This document shows positions 18,417 through 47,611 of a stretch of 64,000 bases of DNA, in pieces; the stretch's first letter is position 1, and each line of letters opens with the position of its first letter. Under the pieces are notes generated by a model. The model was not told the origin of the DNA and did no database searches. It was given only the letters and a program-made list of their open reading frames with translations. Source of the DNA: the human T2T-CHM13v2.0 reference genome, Homo sapiens. The DNA is taken from assembly GCF_009914755.1 (NCBI RefSeq), contig NC_060931.1. One strand, 5' to 3'. A program made the translations under genes and the position numbers.

Positions 18417-21400
18417 GACACAACCTTTTTTTTGATTGAGCAGTTTGGAAGCAGTCTTTTTGTGGAATCTGCAAAGGGATATTTGTAATCACTTTAATGC
18501 CTATGGTAAAAAGGGAAATATCTTCACATAAAAACTAGACAGAAGCATTCTGAGAAACTTATTTGTGATGTGTGTATTCAAACTGCATACTTGAACCTTT
18601 CTTTCGATTGAGCACTTTGGAAACCGTCTTTTTATAGAATCTGCAAATGGATATTTGTGAGCCCTTTGAGGCACATGGTGAAAAAGGAAATATCTTCACA
18701 TAAAATCTAGACAGAAGCTTTCTGAGAAACTTCTCTGTTTTGTGTCCTTTCAACTAAAACAGTTGAATCTTTCTTTTGATCGATCAGTTTGGAAAAAGTC
18801 TTTTTGTAGAATCTGCAAAGGGATACTTGGAGCACTTTGAGGCCTATGGTTAATAAGGAAATATCTTCACATAGAAACTATACAGAAGCTTTCTGAGAAC
18901 CTTCCTTGTGATGTGTGCATTCAACTCACAGAGTTGAATCTTTCCTTTGATTGAGCAGTATGGAAACAGTCTTTTTGTAGTATCTGCAAAGGGATATTTG
19001 CAGCGTTTTGAGGCCTATTGTGTAAAAGGAAATATCTTAACATAAAAATTAGACAGAAGATTTCTGAGAAAATTCTTTGGATGCGGGCATTTATCTCACA
19101 GAGTTGTACCTTTCCTTTGATTGAGCAGTTTGGAGGCAGTCTTTTTGTAGAATCTGCAAAGGGATATTTGAGAGTGGTTTCAGCCCTATGGTGACAAAGG
19201 CAATATCTTCACATAAAGCTAGATAGAAGCATTTTGAGGTACTTCTTTGTGATGTGTGCATTCATCTAACAGAGTTCAATCTTTCTTTAGAAGGAGCAGT
19301 TTGGAAATCGTCTTTTTGTAGAATCTGCAAAGGGATATTTGTGAGTGGTTTGAAGCCTGTGGTGAAAAAGGAAATATCTTCACATAAATACTAGAAATAA
19401 GTATTCTGAGAAACTTCTTCGTGATGTGTGGCTTCATCACGCAGAGTAGAAATTTTCCCTTGATTGAGCATTTTGGAAATGGTCTTTTTCTAGTATCTCC
19501 AGAGGGATATGTGTGAACCCATTGAGGCCTATGTTGAAAAGGGAAATATCTTCAAATAAAAACTAGACAGAAGTATTCTGAGAAACTTCCTTGTGATGCA
19601 TGCATTCATCTCACAGAGTTGAACCTTCCTTTTGATAGAGCAGTTTGGAAACACTCTTTTTGTAGTATCTGCAAAGGGATATTTGCAGTGCTTTGAGGCC
19701 TATGGTGTAAAAGGAAATACCTTAACAAGAAAACTAGACAGAAGATTTCTGAGAAAATTCTTTGGATGTGGGCATTCATCTCACAGAGTTGAATCTTTCT
19801 TTTGATTGAGCAGTTGGAGGCAGTCTTTTTGTAGAATCTACAAAGGGATATTTGAGAGTGGTTTCAGCCCTATGGTGACAAAGGAAATATCTTCACATAA
19901 GGCTAGACAGAAGCCCTTTGAGGTACTTCTTTGTGATGTGTGCATTCGCCTAACAGAGTTCAATCTTTCTTTTGAAGGAGCAGTTTGGAAATCGTCTTTT
20001 TGTAGAATCTGCAAAGGGATATTTGTGAGTGGTTTGAAGCCTGTGGTGAATAAGGAAATATCTTCACATAAATACTAGAAATAAGCATTCTGAGAAACTT
20101 TTTTGTGATGTGTGTCTTCATCACACAGAGTAGAAATTTTCCCTTGATTGAGCAGTTTGGAAATGGTCTTTTTCTAGTATCTCCAGAGGGATATGCGTAA
20201 GCCCATTGAGGCCTATGTTGAAAAGGGAAATATCTTCAAATAAAAACTAGACAGAAGTATTCTGAGAAACTTCCTTGTGATGCATGCATTCATCTCACAG
20301 AGTTGAACCTTCCTTTTGATAGAGCAGTTTGGAAACAGTCTTTTTGTAGTATCTGCAAAGGGATATTTGCAGTGCTTTGAGGCCTATGGTGTAAAAGGAA
20401 ATACCTTAACAAGAAAACTAGACAGAAGATTTCTGAGAAAATTCTTTGGATGTGGGCATTCATCTCACAGAGTTGAACCTTTCTTTTGATTGAGCAGTCG
20501 GAGGCATTCTTTTTGTAGAATCTGCAAAGGGAGTGGTTTCAGCCCTATGGTGACAAAGGAAATATCTTCACATAAAGCTAGACAGAAGCACTTTGAGGTA
20601 CTTCTTTGTGCTGTGTGCATTCATCTAACAGAGTTCAATCTTTCTTTTGAAGGAGCAGTTTGGAAATCGTCTTTTTGTAGAATCTGCAAAGGGATATTTG
20701 TGAGTGGTTTGAAGACTGCGGTGAAAAAGGAAATATCTTCACATAAATACTAGACAGAAGCATTCTGAGAAACTTCTTTGGGATGTGTGCCTTCATCATA
20801 CAGAGTAGAAATTTTCCCTTGATTGAGCAGTTTGGAAACAGTCTTTTTCTGGAATCTCCAGAGGGATATACGTGAGCCCATTGAGGCCTATGTTGAAAAG
20901 GGAAATATCTTCAAATAAAAACTAGACAGAAGCATTCTGAGAAAATTCCTTTTGATATGTGCATTCATCTCACAGAGTTGAACCTTTCTTTTGATAGAGC
21001 AGTTTGGAAACAGTCTTTTTGTAGTATCTGCAAAGGGATATTTGGAGCACTTTGAGGCCTATGGTGCAAAAGGAAATATCTTATCATAAAAACAAGGCAG
21101 AAGATTTCTGAGAAGCTTCTTTCATGCTTGCATTCATCTCACAGAGTTGAATCTTTCTTTTGATTGAGGAGTCAGAGGCAGTCTTTTTGTAGAATCTGCA
21201 AAGGGATATTTGAGAGTGACTTCAGCCCTATGGTGACAAAGGAATTATCTTCACATAAAGCTGCACAGAAGCATTTTGAGGTATTTCTTTGTGATGTGTG
21301 CATTCACCTAACAGAGTTCAATCTTTCTTTAGATGGAGCAGTTTGGAAATCATCTTTTTGTAGAATCTACAAAGGGATATTTGTGTGCGGTTTGAAGCGT

Positions 21401-24400
21401 ACAGTGAAAAATGAAATATCTTCACATAAATACTAGACAGAAGCATTCTGAGAAACTTCTTTGGGATGTGTGCCTTCATCTCACAGAGTTGAAATTTTCC
21501 TTTGGTTGAACAATATGGAACAGTCTTTTTCTAGAATCTCCAGAGGGATGTGTATAAGCCCATTGAGGCCTACATTGAAAAGGGAAACATCTTCACATAA
21601 AAACTAGATGGAAACATTCTGAGAAACTTCTTTGTGATGTGTGCATTCATCTCACAGAGATGAACATTGGTTTTGATTGAGCAGTTTGGACACAGTCTTT
21701 TTGTACCAGCTGCAAATGGATATTTAGTGTGCTTTGAGTCCTATGGTGAAAAAAGAAATATCTTAACATAAAAACTAGAGAGAATCTTTCTGAGAAACTT
21801 CTTTATGCTGTGTGCATTCATCTGAGAGAGTTGAAAATTTCTTTTCATTAAGCAGTTTGGAAACAGTATTTTTGTATAATCTGCCAAGGAATATTTGGAG
21901 GGATTTGAGACATATGGTGAAAAAGGAAATATCTTCAAAAAAAAACTAGAAGAAGATTTTTGAGAAATTCATTTTTCATCTGTGCTTTAACCCTACAGAG
22001 TTTAAACTTTTTTTGATAGAGCAGATTGGAAACCATCCTTTTGTAGAATCTCCAAATGAATATTTAGAGCGCTTTGAGGGCTATGGTGAAAAAGGAAATA
22101 TCTTCCAATAAAAACGAGACAGAAGCTTTCTGAGAAACTTCCTTGTGATGTGTGCTTTCATCTCACAGAGTCAAAATTTTCTTGTGAATGAGCAGTTTGG
22201 AAACAGTCTTTTTGTAGGAACTGCAAATGGATATTTATAGCACTTTGAGGTCCACGGTGAAAAAGGAAATATCTTCACATGAAAACTAAACAGAAGATTT
22301 CTGAGAAAGTTCTTTGTGATGCGTGCATTTATCTCACAGTGTTGAACCTTTCTTTTGATTGAGCAGCTGGGACATGCTCTGTTTGTAGAATTTGCTGAGG
22401 AATATTTGTGAGCGGTTTGAGACTTATGGTGAAAAAGCAAACATCTTCACATAAAAACTTCACAGACTCTTTAGGAGAAACATTTTTGTGATGTTGACAT
22501 TCATCTCACATAGTTGAACCTTTCTTTTCATTGAGCAATTTGGAAGCACTCTTTTTATATAATCTGCTAAGGGATATTTCTGAGTCATTTGAGGCCTATG
22601 GTGAAAAAGAAATATCTTCACATAAAAACTAGACAGAAGTATTCTGAGGAACTTCTTTGTGATGTGTGCATTCACCTCACAGAGTTGAACCATCCTTTGA
22701 TTGAGCAGTTTGGAAACAGTCTTTTTGTAGAATTTGCAGACGGATATTTGTAAGTGGTTTGAGGCCTATGGTGAAAATGGAAATATCTTCACATAAAAAC
22801 TAGACAGGAACATTCTGAGAAACTTCTTTGGATGTGTGCATTCATCTCACAGAGTTGAAAATTTCTTTAGATTGAGCAGTTTGGAAACAGTTTGTTGTAA
22901 AAACTGCTAAGGGATATATGTGAGCCCATTGAGGCCTACGGTGAAATAGGACATATTTTCACATAAAAACTATACAGAAGCTTTCTGAGAAACTTCTTTG
23001 GATGTGTGCTTTCAATGCACAGCATTGAAACTTTCTTTTGATTGAGCAGTTTGGAAACAGTCTTTTTGCAGGATCTACAAATGGATATTTGGAGCACTTT
23101 CAGGCCTGTGGTGAAATGTTAACATCTTCACATAAAAACTAGACAGAAGGTTTGTGTGAAAGTTCTTTGTGATATGTGAATTCACCACACAGAGTTGAAT
23201 CTTTCTTTTGATTGAGCAGTTTGGAAACAGTCTTTTTGTAGATTCCTGAGAGGGATGTTTGTGAGAGGTTTGAGGCCTTTGGTGAAAAAGGAAATATCTT
23301 CACATAAAAACTAGACAGAAGCTTTCTGAGAATCTTTTTTGTGGTTTGTGCGTTCATCTCTCAGATTTGAATCTTTCGTTTGACTAAGCAGTTTGGAAAC
23401 TGTCATTTTGTACAATCTGACAAAGGATAGTTCTGAGCTGTTTGAGGCCTTCGGTGAAAAGGAATTATCTTCACATAAAAACTAGATGGAAGCATTCTGA
23501 GAAACTCCTTTTTGATGCATGCATTCATCTCACAGAGTTGAACTTTTCTTTTGATTGAGCACTTTGGAAACAGTCTTTTTGTACAATTTGCAGAGGGATA
23601 TTTGTGAGTGGTTTGAGGTTTATGGTGAATAAGGAAATATCTTCACAGAAAAACTAGACAGAAGTTTTTTGAGAAACTTCTTTTGATGTGTGCATTCATC
23701 TCACAGTTTTGAAACTTTACTTTGGTTGAGAAGTTTGAAAAGAGTCTTTTTGTAGAATCTGCAAAGGGTTATTTGTAAACAATTTGAGGCCTATGGTGAA
23801 ATAGGAAATGTCTTCACGTAAAAAATAGACAAAAGCTTTCTGAGAAACTCCTTTTGATGTGTGCTTTCAACTCACAGAGATGATGCTTTCTTTTGATTGA
23901 GCAGTTTGGAAACTGTCTTTCTGTACAACCTGCAAATGGATATTTGGTGCGCTTTGAGGCTTATGGTGAAAAATGAGATATCTTCACATAAAAACTAGAC
24001 AGAAGCATTCTGAGAAACTTCTTTGTGATGCATGCATTCATCTTACAGAGTTGAAACTGTCTTTTGATTGAGCAGTTTGGAAACAGTCGTTTTGTAGAAT
24101 CTGCAAAGGGATATTTCTGAGCCCTTTTTGGCCTATGGTGAAAAAGGAAATATCTTCACATAAAAAGTAGAGAGAAGCTTTCTGAGAAACTTCTTTGTGA
24201 TGTGTGCTTTCATCTCACAGTGTTGAACCTTTCTTTCAATAGAGCAGTTTGGAAACCATCTTTTTGCAGGATCTGCAAATGGATATTTGGAGCGCTTTGA
24301 GACCTATGGTGAAAAAGGAATTATCTTCACATAAAAACGAGACAGAAGATTTCTGAGAAATTTCTTTGTGATGTGTGCATTCATCTCAAAGAGTTGAACC

Positions 24401-27400
24401 TTTCCTTTGATTGAGCCATGTGGAAACAGTCCTTTTGTACATTTGCAGAGGGATATTTGTGAGTGGTTTGAGGACTATGGTGTAAAAGGAAGTATCTTCA
24501 TTTTAAAACAATACAGAAGATTTTTCAGAAACTTCTTTATGATTTTTGCATTCATGTCACAGAGGTGAACCTTTCTTTTCATTGAGAAGTTTGGAAGCAG
24601 TCTTTTTTTACAATCTTCAAAGTGATATTTCTGAGCGGTTTGTGGCCTATGGTGAAAAAGAAATATCTTGACATAAAAACTAGACAGAAGTGTTCTGAGA
24701 AACTTCTTCATTATGTGTGCACTCATGTCCCAGAGTTGAACATTTCTTTTGATTGAGCACATTGCAAACCGTCTTTTTGTAGAATCTGCAATGGAATATT
24801 TGTGAGACTTTTGAGGCATATGATGAAAAATGAAATACCTTCGCATAAAAAGTAGACAGAATCTGTCTAAGAAAATTCTTTGTAATGTGTGCATTTATCT
24901 CACAGTGTTGAAACTTTCTTTTGATTGAGCAGTTTAGAAACAGTTTTTTGTAGAATCTGACAAGGGATATTAGGAGTGCTTTGAGGTGTTTGGTGAAAAA
25001 TGAAATGTCTTCACATGAAAACTAGACAGAAGCTGTCTAAGAAAATTTTTTGTGATGTGTGCATTCATCTCAGAGTGTTCAAACTGTCTTTTCATTGAGC
25101 AGTTAAGAAACAGCCTTTTTTTTAGTATCTGCCAATGGATATGTGGAGCTCATTGGGTCCTATGTTGAAAAAGGAAATATCTTCACATAAAAACTAGACA
25201 GAAGCTTTCTGAGAAACTTCTTTGTGATGTGTGCTTTCATCTCCCAGAGTAGAAACTTTCATTTCCTTGATATGTTTGGAAACAGTCTTTTTGTAGAATC
25301 TGCAAAGGGATATTTGGAGCAATTTGAGACCTTTGGTGTAAAAGTAAATATCTTTAAATGAAAAGTATATATAACCTTTCTGAGTAACATCTTTTTGATG
25401 TGTACATTCGTCTCCCAGAGTTGGTACTTTCTTTTCATGTTTGAGAAGTTTGGAAACAGTCTTTTTGTAGAATCTGCAAAGGGATATATGGAGCAATTTG
25501 AGGTATATGGTGAAAAAAGAAATTTCTCAAAAAAACTAGACAGAAGCTCTCTGAGAAACTTATTTGTGATGTATACATTCATCTCAGAAAGTTGAACCTT
25601 TCAATTGATAAGCAGTTTGGAAAGTCTTTTTTTTAGAATCTGCAATGGGATACTTGGAACACTTTGAGGCCTATAGTGAAAAAGGAAATATCTTCAAATA
25701 AATACTAGAAAGAAGCTTTCTGAGATACTTCTTTGTGATGTGTGAATTCATCTCACAGAATTTAACCTTTCCTTTAATTCACCACTTTGGAAACAGACTT
25801 TTTGTTGAACCTGCATAGAGATACTTGTAAGAGGTTTGAGGAATATGGTGAAAAGTGAAATAACTTCATATAAAAAGTAGACAGAAGATTTTGAGAAACC
25901 TGTTTGGGATGTGTGCTTTCATCTCACAGAGTTGAAGCTTTCTTTTCATTGAGAAGTTTGGAAATAGTCTTTTTGTACAATCTGCAAAGTGATATTTCTG
26001 AGCGTTTTCAGGTCCATGGTGAAAAAGTAACATCTTCACATAAAAACTAGACAGAAGGATTCTGAGAAACTTCTTTTTGATGTGTGCATTCATCTCACAG
26101 AGTTGGGCATTTCTTTATATTGGGCAGTTTGGAAACAGTCTTTTTGTAGAATATGCAAAGGAATATTTGTGAGCCCTTTGAGGCCTGTGGTGAAATAGGA
26201 ACTATCTTCACATAAAAACTAGACAGAAACTTTCAGAGAAACTTCTTTGTGTTGTGTGCTTTTATCTCACAGACTTGAATCTTTCTTTTGATTGAGCACT
26301 CTGGGAGCATCCTTTTTGTAGTATCTGCAAGTGGATATTTGCAGTGCTTTGAGTCCTATGGTTAAAAAGGAAATATCTTCACATTAAAACTAGACAGAAG
26401 CTTTCCAAGAAACTTCTTTGTGATGTGTGCATTTATCTCACAGAGCTTAAAATTTCTTTTGATTGAGTAGCTTGGAAAAATGCTTTTTGCAGATTCTGCA
26501 GAGGGATACTTGTGAGCCTTTTGAGGCCTATGGTGAAAAAGGAAATATCTTCACATAAAAACTAGACAACAGCTTTTCGAGAAACTTCTTTGTTATGTGT
26601 GCGTTCATCTCATGGAGTTGAAACTTTCTTTTGATTGAGCAGTTTGGAAACAGTATTTTGTAGAATCTTCAAAGGGATACTTGTGAGCCCTTGGTGGCCT
26701 ATGGTGAAAAGGAAAATATTTTCACATAAATAATAAAAATCATTTTTCTGAGAAACTTCTTTGTGATGTGTGCTTTCATCTCACAGAGTTGAAACTTTCT
26801 TTTGATTGAGTGGTTTGGAAACCGTTTTTTTGTAGAATCTGCCAATGGATATATGGAGTGCTTTGAGTCAAGTGGTGTAAAAGGAAATATCACAACATAA
26901 AAACTAAGCAGTTTGGAAACAGTCTTTTTGTAGAATCTGCCAATGCATATTAGGTGTGCATTGAGGCCTATGGTGGAAAAGGAAACATCTTCACATAAAA
27001 ACTAGAAAGGAGCTTTCTGAGAAACTTCTTTCTGATGTGTGCATTCATCTCCCAAAGTTGAACCTTTCTTTTGATTGATATGCTTGGAAACAGTGTTTCT
27101 GTAGAACCTGCAAAGGGATATTTGAAGCTCTTTAAAGAGAATGGTGAAAAATGAAATGTCTTCACATAAAAACTAGATGGAAGCATTCTGAGAAACTTCT
27201 TTGTGATGAGTGCATTCATCTCAAAGAGTTGAAAGATTCTTTTGATGGAGCAGATTGGTAACAGTCTTTTTGTAGAATCTGCAAAGGGATATTTGTGAGC
27301 CCATTGAGGCCTAGAAAGAAATAGGTAATATCTTCACATAAAAACCAGACAGAAGCTTTCTGAGAAACTTATTGGTGATGTGTGCTTTTATCTCACTGAA

Positions 27401-30400
27401 TTGAACATCTATTTTGATTGAGAAGTGTGGAAACTGTATTTTTGCAGAATCTGCAAATGGATATTTAGCATGCATTGAGGCCTCTGTTTAAAAAGAAAGT
27501 GTCTTCACATAAAAAATAGACAGAAGCATTCTGAGAAATTTCTTTGTGAAGTCTGCATTCGTCTCACAGAGGTGAACCTTTCTTTTCATTGATCAGATTC
27601 TAACCAGTCTTTTTGTAGAATCTGCGAATGGATATACGGAGTGCTTTGAGGCCTATGTTGAATAAGGAAAATATTCACATAAAAACTAGACAGAAGCTTT
27701 CTCAGAAACTCCTTTGTGATGTGGGCTTTCACCTCCAGACTTGAACATTTCTTTTATTTGAGCAGTTTGCATACTTTCTTTTTGTAGCATCTGTGTATGG
27801 ATGCTTGGAGTGCTTTGAGGTCCATGGTGGAAAGGGAAATTTCTCAATATAAAAACTATACAGAAGCTTTCCAAGAAACTTCTTTGTGACGTGTGCATTC
27901 ATCTCCCAGATTTGAACTTTTTTTTCTTTGAGCAGTTTGGAAACAGTCTTTTTGTAGAATCTGCAAAGGCATATTTGGAGTGCTTTGCAGCCTATGGTAA
28001 ATAAGAAAAATCTTCACATAAAACTAGACAGATGCTTTCTGAGAAACTTCTTTGTGATGTGTGCACTTATCTCACAGAGTTGAAACTTTCTTTTGATTGA
28101 GCAGTTTGGAAACTGTCTTTTTATGGAATCTTCAAAGGGATAATTATGAGCCCTTTGAGGCCTATGGTGATAAAGGAAATATCTTCACATAAAAACTACA
28201 AAGAAGCTTTCTAAGAAACTTCTCTGTGTTGTATGCTTTCATCTCACAGAGTTGAAACTGTCTTTTGATTGATCAGTTTGCAAACAGTCCTTTTGTACAG
28301 TCTACAAAGGGATAGTGGGAAAACTTTGAGGCCCATGGTAAAAAAGCAAATATCTTCACATAAAAACTAGACAGAAGCTTCCTGAGAAACTACTTTGTGA
28401 TATGTGCATTCATCTCACAGAGTTGAAACTTTCTTTTGATTGAGCAGTTTGGAAACAGTCCTTTTGTAGAATCTGCAGAGGTATATTTGTGAGTGATTTG
28501 AGGCCTATGGTGTAAAAGGAAATATCTTCACATAAAAACTAGACAAGCTTTTTAAGAAGCTTCTTTGTGATGTGTGCATTCATCTCACAGATTTGAAAAT
28601 TTCTTTTCATTGAGCAGTTTTGCAACTGTCTTTATGTAGAATCTGTGAATAGATATATGGAGCTCTTTGATTCAAATGGTGAAAAAGGAAATATCTCAAC
28701 ATAAAGACCAGACAGAAGCTTTCTGAGAAGCTTCTTATGATGTGTGCATTCACGTCACAGAGTAGAACCCTTATTTTGATTGAGCAGTTTGGAACCAGTC
28801 TTTTGTAGAATCTGTCAAGGCATATTTTGTGTGCATTGAGGCCTATGGTGGAAAAGGAAATATCTTCACATAGAAACTAGATAGAAGCTTTCTGAGAAAC
28901 TTCTTTGTGATGTGTGCATTCATCTCCCAGAGTTGAACTTTTCTTTTGTTTGAGCCGTTTGGAAACAGTGTTTTTGTAGAATATGCAAAGGGATGTTTGA
29001 AGCTCATTGAAGCAAATGTTGAAAAATGAAATATCTTCACATAAAAACTAGACAGAAGTTGTCTGAGAAATTTATTTGTGATGTGTGCATTCATCTCACA
29101 GTGTTGAACATTTATTTTGATTGAGCAGTTTGGAAAAAGTCTTTTTGCAGAATCTGCAAAGGGATATTTGTGAGCCACATGAGGTCTATGGTGAAATAGG
29201 AAATATCTTTAAATAAAAACTAGACAGAAGCATCCTGAGAAACTTCTTTGTGAAGTGTGCATTCATCAAACAGAGTTGAAGCTTTCTTTTGATTGAGCAG
29301 TTTGCAAACAGTCTTTTTGTAGAATCTGCAAAGGGATATTTCTGAGCACTTTGAGGCCTATGGTGAAAAAGGAAATATCTTCATATAGTAGCTAGACAGA
29401 AGTTTTTTGAGAAACTTATTTGTGATGTTTGCATTCATCTCACAGAGATGAAACTTTCTCTTTATTGAGCAGTTTGGAAACGGTCTTTTTGTACAATCTG
29501 CAAAGGGATATTTCTGAGCGGTTTGAGACCTTTGGTGAAAATGAAATATCTTCACATAAAAACTAGACAGAGGCATTCTGAGAAACGTCTTTGTGATGTG
29601 TGCATTTATCTCACAGTGTTGAACCTTCCTTTTGATTGAGCACTTTGCAAACAGTCTTTTTGTGGAATCTGCAAAGGGATATTTGTGAGCCCTTTGAGGT
29701 CTATGGCGAAACAGGAAATATCTTCACATGAAAACTAAACAGAAGGTTTCTGAGAAACTTCTCTGAGATGTGTGCTTTCATGTCACAGAGTTGAACCTTT
29801 CGTTTCATTGAGCAGTTTGGAAACAGTCTTTTTGTGGAATCTACGAATGGATATTCAAAGTGCTTTAAGGCCTATGGTGAAAAAGGAAATCTTCACTTAA
29901 AAACTAGACAGAACCTTTCTGGGAAACTTCTTTGTGATGTCTGCATTCATCTCAGAGAGTTGAATCTTTCTTTTGATTGAGCAGTTTGGAAACTGTTTTT
30001 GTAGAATCTGCAAAGGGATATTTGTGATCCCATTAAGGCCGATGGTGAAAAAGAAGTATCTTCACAAAAAAACCATACAGAAAGATTCTGATAAACTTCT
30101 TTGTGATGTGTGCATTCATCTCAAGAGTTGAACTTTTCTTTTGATTGAGCAGTTTGGGAACAGCCTTTTTGTTGAATCTGCGAATGGATATTGGAACGCT
30201 TTAAGGCTTATAGTGAAAAAGGAAATATCGTCACATAAAAACTAAACAGAAGATTTCTGAGAAACATCTTTGTGATGTCTGCATTCATCTCACAGAGTTG
30301 AAACTTTCTTTTGATTGAGCAGTTTGGAAACAGTCTTTTTGTGGAATCTGCAGAGGGATATATGTGAGCAGTTTTAGGCCTACGGTGAAGAAGGAAATAT

Positions 30401-30781
30401 CTTCAAATAAAAACTAGAGAGAAGCATTCTGAGAAACTTCTTTGTGATGTGTGTACTCATCTCACAGATTGAAACTTTTTTTATTAAGCAGTTTGGAAAC
30501 AGACTTTTTGTAGAATCTGTAATAGATACTTTTGAACAAATTGAGGCCTATGGTGTAATAGGAAATATCTTCACATAAAAACTAGACAGAAGCATTCTGA
30601 GAAACTTCTTTGTTATGTGTTCTTTCATCTCACAGAGTGAACCTTTCTTTTGATGGAGCAGTTTGGAAACAGTCTTTTTGTATAATCTGCAAAGGGATAT
30701 TTGTGAGCCCATAGAGGTCTACGGTGAAATAGGAAATGCCTTCAAATAAAAACTAGACAGAAGCTTTCTGAGAAACTCCTC
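18417..30781 (+). repeat. Monomeric alpha-satellite, forward orientation
   Basis: Continuous alphoid monomers; includes the tetramer array at ~18.9-21.6 kb. Confidence 0.97.
18880..21610 (+). repeat. Local 4-monomer (~684 bp) higher-order repeat, 4 copies
   Basis: The private motif CAGCCCTATGGTGACAAAGG occurs at 19181, 19865, 20540 and 21223 (periods 684, 675 with a 9-bp deletion, 683). TTTGAGGTA, AAATACTAGA and CTAACAGAGTTCAATC recur with the same period. Confidence 0.9.
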
Positions 30782-47367
<16,586 letters not shown>

Positions 47368-47409
47368 ACAATGAGATCACATGGACACAGGATGGGGAAT
47401 ATCACACTC

Positions 47410-47456
47410 GGGGGACTGTGGTGGGGTCGGGGGAGGGGGGAGGGATAGCATTGGGA
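47410..47456 (+). other. G-rich polypurine tract of the L1 3'UTR (G-quadruplex-capable)
   Basis: GGGGACTGTGGTGGGGTCGGGGGAGGGGGGAGGGATAGCATTGGG, with more than four G-runs; a known L1 feature. Confidence 0.7.
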
Positions 47457-47611
47457 GATATACCTAATGTTAGATGACACGTTAGTGGGTGCAGCGCACC
47501 AGCATGGCACATGTATACATATGTAACTAACCTGCACAATGTGCACATGTACCCTAAAACTTAGAGTATAATAAAAAAAAAAACATTAAAAAAAAAAAAG
47601 AAAAGAAAAAA

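Noticed and set aside
23449-23466. Possible CENP-B box (CTTCGGTGAAAAGGAAT)
   Set aside because: It has TTCG but lacks the CGGG half of nTTCGnnnnAnnCGGGn; it is a mutated A-box.
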